NCBI RefSeq assembly: GCF_000281045.1 | Contig: NW_008246142.1 | Coordinates: 165,772-203,567, forward strand | Source of the DNA: Saprolegnia diclina VS20 | Taxonomy: Eukaryota | Length of the DNA stretch: 37,796 nt | Direction: 5' to 3' | Position numbers and translations under genes: made by a program | In this document: piece after piece, positions 1 through 11,500 of the stretch | How the letters are laid out: each line of letters starts with the position of its first letter | Numbering within the stretch: position 1 is the first letter of the stretch | Notes under the pieces: model-generated | The model's input: the letters and a program-made list of their open reading frames with translations, nothing else | Database searches by the model: none | What the model was told of the DNA's origin: nothing

Positions 1-1149
1 AAACTAGGAAGTATGTCCTAAATAGGACTATTTTTCTATACATTTAGGTAATATCCTTGTTATCGCCACACAGTTCACGTTCGCACCGGACGGCATCGTG
101 GCAAGAGACACCCACGAGGGCACCCTCAACGCTGGGCACACTGGGCACAACTCATGGGCGCGCTGCAGGTAGTCGCATCATTCATCAACTTAACGCCTTG
201 CTAGCACGAGAAAAAGACCCGCCCATGTATCCATTTTGACAGTTTTTTTCGATTGAGAGACATATTTGAAGCCAAATATGGTGTCTTCGACAGCTCGAAT
301 ACGGACGCATCGGAAGCAAACTCGGTACTCGTTGCTTGTGTGGTGATGTGCGGCGCTCTTTCGTGCCCGAGAAAACGCAAGCGCCGAGTGACGTATCCGG
401 ATTACGATCATTTGGTTCATTTTTGTAAAAATGGACTGAGCGCCGCGGATCGCTGCATGGGTCTACATGCATATAGCACTAGGAACTTGACGTTTCACGG
501 CGCACGAACATAGCTTATGTATAAACAAGCATTAATTGTATCGATAAGGCTTCTAAACGCGTGAAATAAGTTCCTACATGCTACTTATGTCAGCAAATAG
601 AGTGAAAATGGCCTGGCCTCAGGTACACAAACATAAATATGTGGGTGACCGAGAGTCCGTCCCAAAACGAGACTTTGCACGCACTTCTAGCACATAGTCG
701 TGGATGTGTGCGCAAAGTTTCGTTCCCAACAGAGCTCCCACACCCCATTTACGATGCCAAAGACAACATATACTATGATTTTGTACAAAATGAACTCGCA
801 AACATGCGAATGGGGGTGACCGAGAGTTTGTCTTGGTTTTTATATGCCGACTGCGCCTGTTTTAAACATGTTTTAAACAGGCCTTGTGATGCCTGCGCAA
901 ATGAGAGCCTCATGCGTTTGAAACCCAAGAGCCAAGGCCGCGCTTTGACATTTCTACTAATGTACTCGACGAAAGAAGCCACACAAGAACCACCAAGTAC
1001 ACTAAATGTTTTGCTTATTATCGCAGTTTGCGCTGATTCCGAGCTACGGCTCGCAAACTGCGCTGCACGTTGCGTGAGTTACCGGCATTGCATGACCCAT
1101 GCAGCCAAGCGTCGCGAGGTTTCGGGTTGGCGAACCGACTGCAGATCTA

Positions 1150-2915
1150 CGTACCAATACAACGAAGCTTCTTGCGTCATCGTTCTCGACAAATGAGTCC
1201 TTCATCGAGTTGGCGCCCTTGGACTCCTATGCAGTCCATACGTATGAGAAAGAATGCAACTCGTACGGGGTAGACGCACCTGGGCATCTTCCAGAAGCTC
1301 GTCGACGCGAAGGAGAAGACGCAGGGCATGGCGTCTCATTTGCCCGGGCAGCCGGAACGCACCCAATGTGCTTGAGGCGGACGCAACGTCGACAAGCGTC
1401 CCCGATGCGAAAGACGACGTCGGTACGTCCAGCATTGACCGTGCAGACGAGGTGGTCGCGACCTTGTGTGCGCCGGCAATGCTGGGTGTCCCAATGTCGC
1501 TTTCGCAGCAGTAACGCTCGTCGACGTTGCGCCCGCACAGTGGAAACAACCTAGTCAAGACGCATAGCAATAAAACTGTACAAGGACAGTCACCGCGTCT
1601 TGAGTCCGAGCTCACGGCAATGACGTGCTTGACGCCGGCCGCCAGAAACGCCGGAGCTAGAACCTGCAATAGTTTCAGTCATAGATGTGCAAATGAACGT
1701 ACATCGTCGTCGAGTGGCACGCCAGCAGGATGACGAGTCGAGGCTTGTCGGTCTTGAAGTACTTGACGACCTCTTGAGCATGGACAAGATCGCCCGCCAT
1801 CTTGTGGTTTTCGAAAAGCAGGGCGCCTTCCTTGATCCCGTGCCCGGCAAAGTGGAGCACCGAGCAGCCCTCGAGCTCGACTTGCTGAAGGTTGGACCGC
1901 GTCGCCACGAGCGGGCGCACAGCGACAGCTACGGCAGACAGAACATGTCAATTTGGCAACACAGAGCGCATGTTGTACGGGCGGTCGTCGAGTGCTGGTA
2001 CGATTGTTCGCCGTGCTACCATCAAGAATCATCAAACAACATGCAGACGACCCAACACGGACCTCGGCGTAAGAGGCGACGGCCAAGCCTTTCACGACGG
2101 CTTCGTTCTCGGCCTCGACATCCGCATGCTACAAATGTCGATCGTTGAGAGCTTTGTGTCGAGCCGCGCATATACATACACTGCATAGGACGAGGCCGCC
2201 TTTGGGCGCCATGACGAGGGACGGCGAGGCGTACATGAACGTCTAGACAAGCCCGATATGAAGAACACTCGCACGAAGTAGGTGCATACCACAAAGCGCC
2301 GCGTAGACCGTCTTGGCGCGCCTTCATGCTGCACTGTCGCCGGTGCGGGCGTCACCGGCGCTGCGGGTCGAGGCTGACGCGCTGGCGTCGAGGTTGTGCG
2401 AGATGGCGCCGCCACGGGCATGTGATGCGTCCTACGAGAATGTGCATGAGCTCCGAACGCGCATGGTCGTCGTACTTGATCTTCTTCGCCTTGGGTTCGC
2501 CAGCCTTCTCGAGGCGTGTCCGGTACGCTCGCCGCGCTTCTTGCAGCAGCGCCAAGATGCGACGAGCCTCGCCGGCACCGGACAGCTTGCTGATGACCTC
2601 GCACATCGCGGACGCGGCGACACGGTACGTGGTCTTGGAGTCCACGGATACGACCGTGACTTGGTCGTCGTTGAGCATCCACAGGTTGCGCTTGACCCGG
2701 AGCGAGTGGGCAGACGCGCCGCTGTCAAGACCGAGAGTCTCGCACATGTCGCCAACGTCGACGAGCTCGGTGGACGGCTTGATGAAGAAGGCCACCCAGT
2801 TCATGACCGTCTCCGTTGGCAGCTTGTCGTCCGTGAGCACGAAGCGTGCGAGGTCCTCGATCGTGGCCGACGGGTTAGCACTCAAGTAGCGCCCGACCTT
2901 GAGCGCCTGCGCCAT
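1150..2915 (-). CDS. Multi-exon CHAT-domain (caspase/separase clan CD-like) protein with an uncharacterised N-terminal domain; 3' end uncertain
   Basis: ATG at 2915 (MAQALKVGRY...). Removing five short GT..AG introns between about 2475 and 1930 keeps one frame: ...RRFVTFMYASPS...HADVEAENEAVVKGL...VRPLVATRSNLQQVELEGCSVLHFAGHG (1837-1854)...RLVILLACHS (1711-1725). AFLAAGVKHVIAV follows after a further short intron. HF.GHG and L.AC.S are the CHAT His/Cys motifs. Structure below about 1600 is ambiguous. Confidence 0.72.
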
Positions 2916-3832
2916 GGCCACAGTCGCTGAGCTAAAGCAAAAGATGCCCGAAGGCACCTCGGACCCCTGGTCTTCAAGCCGACCCGACCTGTGAGCGTCG
3001 ACGCAAGAGCGAACCTCACGTTTAATGTATCCTGGTTTGAGTATACTTCTCATTGGGTGCAGTCATTTCAAACACTAAAGTTGCGTCGATTCAGTCAATA
3101 CCAACATCTCGCATTATCAATGCCCGCCCATATTCTTGCAGTCTAAAACAACGCATCCAAGCGCTGAACGCAAATGTTGCGATGATGGCTCTGATGTTCT
3201 TCACTGCAACGACTATACTATACTATAGTATGCGGTCCTTTCAGGGACCATGATATAATCCCAAGTGCGACATCATGGAGCTTTCTAGGTCTCTCTACGC
3301 CAAGCCCGTCCTCCTTTCTGGGGCACCACGGTCTTTCTCACTGACTAGACCTCCATTTCATCACAAACAGCTCGAGCTCCAAGCGGGTCACACCTTCGAT
3401 TGCGCCGCTTCAAGCGGGTCACAGCTTCTAGGCTCAAGAACCCGCTGCTGTATGCGCGTCTTCAGTTCAAGTTGATCGCGACGACGCTGGAACGGGGCCG
3501 AAGGCGACACGACCTTGGCTCGGGTTGTCAACGCCAACACCCAGTCGATCGGTGCCGTATCTGCTCCGTCTCTACTCGGCACGCCCCTCGCTCGAGTCGT
3601 CAACGGCGGCTCGGGTTCTTGATCATGTCTCCGGTGGCGTTCAGCGGCAACCATCGCGGGACCGATGCAGCTCCTCGTTCTCTGATCTCCGCTTTTCTTG
3701 GCGCACTGGCAGTCGCACCACTAGTTGGTAGCACCACCTTTCGACAACCCGACGAGGTGAATACACGGCGGCTGCTGGACATGGATATTAGTTCTTTCTT
3801 TCTATACATGGTACTAGGACTATGAATGCCAT

Positions 3833-6800
3833 CTACGCCGTCGCGTTCGGCGTCTCGGTGTTGAGGAGTGCGTCCTTGGACTTGGCCTCGGCCAGCTGCT
3901 TGCGCGGTGTCGAGAGGTCCCCTGTCGTCTCGGCGCTTGCCGATTGCGGTGCGTACGCCGGCGCCTCCCTACACACGCTCAACATATCACACCAATTTTC
4001 ATTGCCACAGAGACGTACTGCCCTGTCGCGGCCCTGAACGTTTGGCGCAAGAACACGACTTCGTCCGATAAAAGCTGCTTCTCGCCCTCGAGCTTCTTGC
4101 ATTGGACTTCGAGCTCCTCGTACGGCAGCTTGGCTAAACCAAGGGCGACACCTCTCAGAACCCAACGGGTAGTAGGGACCAACCTGTCGCGGTGCCGCCA
4201 AGGAGACTCACAATCATGGGGTTGGCCGTACTGATCGCGTCTTTTGGCGGGTCCAATATGTAGGGGTTGATGAAGAGCTGGAACTCGAGCCGGTGCGTCT
4301 GCAGGTACTGGACAAACTCGGCCGTGACGCACGGCACGTGGTGCACATGCGAGTAATTGAAGACGGGGTTGCGCGTGTTTTGCTCAACGCTTTCGGTTGT
4401 AAAGAGCTCGCCGAGAAACTCATACTGGACATAGGCCAAGTCCGTAATCATCGGCAGCCCCGTCGCGCCTTTGATCTCGAGCTTGTACGTCCACGACTTG
4501 CCGACCTATTGGCAAAGTAAGAAATGAGGACAATATTGTCGGTGGGTCGACGGACCAGATCCATGGGACCGTCAATGTCTTGAATGTTGTCCGGGTTGTG
4601 CTGCGCCTCGTCTTCCGCGCTCAGCGGCGTCCAAACGACCTCGAGCTTCCCGATCGTGTTGAAAGGCGGCACTGCGTTCTTGATGTTCATGCGACTAACT
4701 CATCTTATGAGCTAGATACAGAGAGGCGATGATGAACCTTTCGTCCGGATCCGTCTCGAGGTTGTACAAGAGATACTCTGGAAAGTTGGTCGCACTGCCG
4801 ACCTAGTTAGTTCAATATACCGTAAGCAGGGAGCATTCGGCGGTAAATATACGTGGAACGAGTTGTCAAAGAGGAGTGTGATTGGATCGTGGCCCATGGG
4901 CGACGTGTACTCGCGGTTGTTGGCAATCGCGTTCTTGAGAAACGCAACTTCGTCTTTCAAGAGCGAGTACGCTTTCACAAACTCAAACACATCGAGCAAG
5001 ATCGTCTCGTCGGTCTTGCTGTTGTGGACCTTGACCTTGACCTGCGGAATGCCTAGATACGCGCGCTCTATAAAAGACCACTCAATGCAACCAAATTGTA
5101 CCTTGGCCATCACCGCCCGTGCCTTTGAGTGCCGTCTCAAAACTCAAAACATCGCGATTGAGCACATGCACGATTTGCTTGAGTTCGTTGATCTTGGGCA
5201 AAACGTCCCGCAGCTCTTGGTCGTTGACTTGTCGCGCGAGTCGCTCCTTCTCCTAACCGGTACAAATATCATTGTTAAAAGTCCTAAAAATCCTCAAAAT
5301 TCAAGCAAAAACATGCCAACCTGCTGCTCGAGTTCTTGCAGCTTGCGCTCTTGCTCGGCGACCTCTTCTGGTGTTGCCGACGAGAGCGCTTCGGAACGCG
5401 CGGCTTGGGCTTGGGCCTTTTGTTCTTCCCACGCGGCCTTCTCGGCTTCAAACTGCAGTCGCTGCGCCTCCAGCGCTTGCATTGCCGCTTTATCTTGGCT
5501 CTGGAGCGCTTCCTGGAACTCGTGCGCCGCGTCGTCGGCCGTTGGGGGCTCTTTCGCCGGGTCCTCGCGGCCTACACACCGAAAATTGGACGTTAGGGCT
5601 AGGGTAGGGCAAGGGTACGCACCCGGGTAGCGGAAGAGCATGAGTTCGTTGCCAATCACGACGCGATCAAACGCCGCAAGCTCAACGCGCGCGCCTTTCT
5701 CGAGCTTTTTGCCATTGTGCATTGTGTCGCCGTTGCCACCGACGAGTGTGACCACGCTGCCCGTGTTGGCGCCGTCTTCGGCGAGCACGGGCGCAGATTT
5801 TTCAAAGCTGCAGTGGCCGTCGACGACCGAGAGCGACATGGGCTTGATGTCGCCTTTCGTGCCGACAATTGTTACCTAGCAAATTATGGACACATTGTCC
5901 ACTTGGCTCTAGAGCCAACCATACCTCTTTCGTGAGCAGGTACATGAAGCGCTGCGACCGGTAGGCGTCGACGTCAAGGTTGATCAAGTACGGCAGCATC
6001 GTCTTCTCTTCAAAGAACGTGAGTGAAATCCCACGCTTCTCGTACTCCTCCTTCTGCCGCTGCATGGCCTCTTCTTGGGCCTTGGCCGCGGGCTTGGACC
6101 CGCTGTCGCCGCCATCGCTCGTCTCCCCCGAGAGCACACCTAGCGTTGTCTGCCGTGTTAGAAACTAATTCATAGATAATACAAGTACCTTCGAGTTCGC
6201 GTTGCTTTTGGGCGAGAAGGGCGCTGATCTTGTCGACTTGGTCGCTGCCACCGCCGCCGCCGCCCATTTTAGCCATCTTTTCGTTCTCAGCCTTGAGCAT
6301 CGACACAAGGTTCTTCATCTCATCGAGCTCGGCCATGAGCTACGCGTAACAATATGCTGAGCTTTGTTTTGGCTGTCCGAAAGCGGCACCTTGCGTTCTG
6401 CGGGTGACGCGGCCGCAGATGCCTTCTTGGGCTGTAGCTTGATGACAGACGCATTCTTGGCAAAGCCGAGCGTCGAGAAGGTGTAGTTGAGGTACGTTAC
6501 TTCGGGTCGGACTGCGCAAAAGAGGTAGGTGCTAATACAAGTGTCAATGTTTCAAGGTGGAGACTAGTGTCGTATGTGTACCGTGCTTGGAGCATCGTGT
6601 CCTTGAGGTACTTGCAGAGAAAGTACGAGTTGCAGCCAGGAATGCTCGCGCCCGGCTTGAGCGTCTTCTTCTGAACAGCCTCTAGATATGTACATAAAAA
6701 TACCGTATATATACGATAAAATGGAGAAATACCCGCCATCTTCATGAAAAACTGGGCCATTTCCGTCAAACTCAAATTGATCTTCTTGCCTTGGTCCTGG

Positions 6801-7911
6801 AGCTCCTTGGATTTCGATGCATCCTGGTGCGGTCCGAGGTACTTCATCTCGATCGACCCGTCGTCAAACACGAGCTTTTGGTAATTCGCGTACACAATGT
6901 CCCCGGCAGGCTCGGTGCCGGCCAAGTCGCAGACATAGATGCGCCCGCGCTGCTTCATACCTTCGCGCTCCGGATCCGGCTTTTCGACTTCAAGCGTCAT
7001 GATGCAATGCCCACGCGTCGACTGGTGGTTGAACTGCGTCGGTGCAATCGCCTTGCGCGAGTTGGCGCTCATAAATGTCTTGCGGAGATCGTTCCAGTCC
7101 TTGAGCACAACGCCCTAATTGGATAGTTGGATAGTTGGATACCATTGGATAGTAATGTCATGTGTACCTGGCACCACTCAATGTCCATAAAGCCATCCGG
7201 GTCCTTGCGCATGCCGTTCTTGTACTGCTGCTCTTGGGCCATCGGCGACATGAGGTCGCGGACCGTGTCGACGACATTTTGAAAGTACTTCATCGTGATC
7301 TTCCACCCGTCCTGCTTCTCCTTGAAGAGGTTGTACGCAAGCCGCGGAAAGATGCCCCACTACATGATCAGCATCTTCAGATCATCTTTCCGGTGGAAGG
7401 CTTCGTACGAGCGGATGCGGCTCTTCGTGCTTGAACCACGCTTCGGGAATGTCGACGGCGTCGGGCTAAAACCATGGCCATGAGCTTCGCAGCCTGTATA
7501 GCGAGCATACGCCAAAGACGGTAAACGTTTTGCCCGAACCGCTGAGGCCATAGGCGAACATGACGACCGCGTTGCCGCCCAAGAGGTCGTCCTTGATCTT
7601 GGCGCCGCACGCCTCGTACGCCATGGCCTGGTCCACGAGCAGCATGTTGTCGGCGGGCAGCGAGTCGCCCTTGACGTGGCGCTTGTAGCCATATGCGCTC
7701 CACCATGCCCAGCTAAAGCCAAACCTAGCGCACGATCGAATGGGCTTGGGCCGTGGCATGGCTTGTATGAGGTGTACCGCGTCGTCGAGTACGTCGAGTT
7801 GATGAGCTCGACCTCGCCTTCCTCGTCACCCTTCTGTGTCATGACGACGCCAAGCGTGTCATCGATCGTGAACGGCCGGCACCGGATGCACACCTTGATG
7901 CTCACGCTCAT
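3833..7911 (-). CDS. Divergent kinesin motor protein with coiled coil, FHA domain and C2-like tail (kinesin-3/KIF28-like tail), about 15 or more introns
   Basis: Start MSVSIKVCIRCRPF (7911). P-loop AYGLSGSGKT (7526-7549), switch I NHQSTRGH (7007-7030), switch II DLAGTE (6911-6928), KINLSL and TFSTLGFAKNA. FHA-like PYLINLDVD...HNGKKLEKGARVELAAFDRVVIGNELMLFRYP. C2-like YVQYEFLGELFTTESVEQNTRNPVFNYSHVH. Stop TAG at 3833-3835. Confidence 0.9.
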
Positions 7912-8259
7912 GCTGGTGCAATCTCGCAGATGCGATCTTTCGCTGCGGCGACGCTTGAGATCGCGTGCCACAAGCGGATCTTCGAGACAAAAAGAGGGTC
8001 CATTCTCCTTCATAACACTATATTTTGCGCCACGGCTATCGATCAATTGCTAGAGGTTTAGGAGCTATACAGTCGCCGGACCAAGAATCCGTGGCGTGTA
8101 TCAACATTGCGCAGGCCAATGAATGGGATATATATCTACAAGGTACTCTGGTAGATGAGCTTGTGGCGTAGCGAACCGCCTATTCGTGCCAGTTCCAATA
8201 TAACTGCAGTATTAGCTTCAAATGGCGACACATTTTGGAATTCTCATCGAGTGCCCATA

Positions 8260-8279
8260 TACCGGTACTAGTACCGGTA
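8260..8279. repeat. Perfect 20-bp palindrome in the kinesin/ASPM divergent promoter
   Basis: taccggtactagtaccggta is its own reverse complement. Confidence 0.9.
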
Positions 8280-8431
8280 CAATGCAATGAAAGCTTGTGC
8301 TTCGTCTTGGGCTTCCTCTCTGATACTGAAGCGCAAAATTGCTCGTTGTCCTGTCCGAGAGCGCCGACAGAAGACGGTGGACGTGCTGGTAGAGGCGACG
8401 ATATCATACACTAATTACGGACGAAAAAAAG

Positions 8432-8496
8432 TTGCCGCGCGGGCAATCCATTGTGAGAGGTTTTGAGTTTTCAAACTCGGCTTTTTGAATTTTGAA
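8432..8496 (+). promoter_or_regulatory. E2F-like site plus three CHR-like (TTTGAA) motifs upstream of ASPM
   Basis: ttgccgcgcgggcaa (8432-8446), TTCAAA (8470-8475), TTTGAA (8484-8489 and 8491-8496), all within about 105 bp of the ATG. Function is inferred. Confidence 0.4.
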
Positions 8497-8536
8497 GCCC
8501 AGCTGGGTCGACCAGTGAGTGATTCGCTGCCGCGGG

Positions 8537-11500
8537 ATGGACGTCCGAGTCGCAGGTAGACGCTTCGCGCATGATGGCCGGCAGCTCATGGAGGAGCATG
8601 CGTACCTAGAGAAGGAGAACCGGAAGCTCAAGAAGACCCTCAAGCGCAAGACCCCCGGCGTCGAGATGCCATCCATCGACGTGTCCAACCAAGCCTCGTC
8701 CCCGCGCAAGCTCCCGGCGCAGACCTCGTGCTTCATCGCGTCCGACTTCCGCCATGTGCCCCAGCTCGACTTTGGGTCAATCGAGATTGGCCAGACAAGG
8801 ACGCTACCGCTCGGCTTCCTCAACCCGAGCGACCATGGCGTCGCCCATATCGTCGTCGAGGACGTGCTACCCAAGGCTCTTGGCTCCGAGTTCTACGTCC
8901 ATGCGCACGAGGCGATTGTCGTCCCGATGCAGTCTTCCGCGACGATCGACGTGGTGTTTACGCCGACTAAGCCCGGCCGCGTCCACGCCAAGCTCCACGT
9001 GCGGCTGAACAAGCGCTTCAAACTCTTTTGTACGCTCACCGCCACCGCTACAGGAACCGCGCTTGCATCCTCGTCATCCTCGTCCTCGTCTGCCAAGCGC
9101 GCCAAGGTAACATCGACGTCCTCCTCATTGGCCGCATCGTACGCGTCGACGTCGTCGACGATCTTGCGCAAGGCAGGCAAGCCCGAGACGTCGACGAGCC
9201 AGCTCTGGAAGAAGCGGCGCATTGTCTTTGACGACCAATGGATCCCCAAGCAGGAAGAAGGCTTTCAAAAGTGGCTCAACTTTACGCTCCTCGGCGCGCA
9301 CTTTGCCGAGATCAAGGACGAGACGCCGCTTACGACCGACCGGTACTACCAGCTGCGGCTGCTCGCGATCCGCCGCCTCGAGTCCAAGATCCGACAGGCA
9401 GCCCATGCCGTGTACAACCATAGCCACACGGACCACGTCCTGTACCGTCTCCAGCGGGAAATCACGGCCAAGCGGCTCACAATCCGAGCCGACCGCCCGC
9501 TGCATGTGGACGTCGGTCTGCAGAACGAGCTCATGACGCTTCTCAACCATTACCACCCGCTGTGGCTCACGCTTGGACTCGAAGTCGTGCTCGGCCTTCG
9601 CATCGTCGAGTCGCTCGGCGAGCTCATCCACCCGACCTCGTCATCGTCGCACATGCCGCTCTTTCTACGTCGGCTCATCGCCGAGCGCATCACGAACGAC
9701 CCGGTGTTGGCGCTCAAGCACCCGTCGCTGCATTTGGGCGTCAACCGGTCCGAGGCGTACTTGGCCAAGCTCCGCGTCCATACGCTTGTCAAGTGCTTCA
9801 TGCTCGTCTACTTCCTCGACAAGGCGCATGCGCAGCGGCACGTCGACCACATTGCGCTGCCGTGTCTCTTCCGGCCGTCAAGCACCATCAAGAGCTCCAA
9901 GCAGATTTTGTACGATTTTTGCCAAAAGTTTCTGAGCCAAGAAGGCAACGTACTCCGCCATCTTGGCAATCTCGAGTACACGGTCGCATACGAGCAAAGC
10001 GTCCTTGAAGAGATGGACATGCAGGTCGAGAACCTCGCCATGGACCTCCGCGACGGCGTTCGACTGGTGCGCTTGCTCGAGACGCTCGTGCCCGGGACGG
10101 TCTTGAGCCCGCAGCTGCGCTTGCCGGCCGTGTCGCGGCTCCAAAAGGTCCACAACGTCAAGGTCGCGCTGTCGTTTTTGGAAGAGCACTGCCAATTGCA
10201 GCTCAACGCGGTCGAGTCGAGCTGCGCCGTGACCAACTACCAGCCTACGACGATTGGGCCCAAGGACATTGTCGACGGCCACCGTGAAAAGACGCTTGCT
10301 CTCCTCTGGAAGGTACCCTTTCTCTTCCTCTTATACTAGAGTCCTGTTTCCTCATGATAAACTATAGCTCATTAGCCATTTCAAGATCTCACACGTCGTC
10401 GACGTCGCCTTGGTCGCTGCCGAGATTGACCGCGTCAAGCGCCGGTGGTCGGGTCTCGCCGCGCAAGTCTATGCAACGATCCACGACGGCGATATCGACG
10501 AAAACAACCGGTCGATTCCCCAGTTGCTGCTCGAGTGGTGCCGCGTCGTGTGTGCCAACTACCACCTCGCGATCCACAACTTTACGGCGTCGTTTGCCGA
10601 TGGGAAAGCGCTCTGCCTCATGGTGCATTACTACCATCCGCGGGTACGAGTTCTATCCATGTATGCAGTTGGAGTATAACCCTTGTGATCTTAGCTGCTC
10701 GAAAAGTCCGACATGCACTGGACGACAAGCGACCGAAGCGACAAGGACCGCATTGGCCACGATGAGTTCGAAGCGCTTTTGTCGCAAGAGCGCGCCAACT
10801 TTGCGCTCGTGAACGCCAAAGTCAAGCTCCTCGGCCAAGTTCCCGTCCTCGTGCCCGAGTTTGACTCGAACAATTTGCCCGAAGAGAAGATCATCATGAC
10901 GTTCGTCGCGTATCTGCATTCGCGGCTCCTTGGCGCGAGCAAAGAGATCCACGCGGCGTTTACGCTCCAGGTACAACGACGTTGCTAGATGCACGAGGTA
11001 TTGATCCTGATGTAGCATTGGTGGGTGCCTCGCTTTCGCCGTTTGCGCCGGGCCAAGCGCGACCACGCGGCGCGCGTCATCCAGCGCTTTTGGTACACGA
11101 CGTCGCACAACCGGTTTGCGATCCGCTGTGTGCAGCGCCTCCTTTACTTGGCGCGGAAGCTCCAGGCGTTTGGTCGCATGGTGGTCTGCCGGTCCCGGTA
11201 TCTCCGCCACCGTGCCCAAATGGCTGCGAGAAGCCCCGTCCGGGTGCCAATCATAGCTCGGGAGCTCTCGCCGGTCGTCGTGGCGTCACCTGTTCGTGTG
11301 CCGCCGGTGCCTGTCGTCGCATCGCAGGCCCCTGTTTCGGTGCCACGGTCCACAGTGGTCTATGCGCCGTTGTCGCCGACGCTGACCGCAGTGCGCGCGC
11401 CACGGTCACCGGTCGTCGCAGTGTATGCACCTCGGCCTCGATCGCCACCCATGGCCGTTATTGCCCCGCCGTCGCCTCCTGTAGCGGTCGTGGCCCCGCC

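Noticed and set aside
190..536. TTAA-flanked segment suggesting a piggyBac/Kolobok-type MITE
   Set aside because: The ends are not inverted repeats of each other and no transposase is present.
3380..3423. 13-bp direct repeat caagcgggtcaca x2 at 31-bp spacing
   Set aside because: Only two short copies; not CRISPR-like and no associated feature.
7119..7153. ttggatag-type short tandem repeats
   Set aside because: Slippage repeat inside a kinesin intron; no evidence of function.
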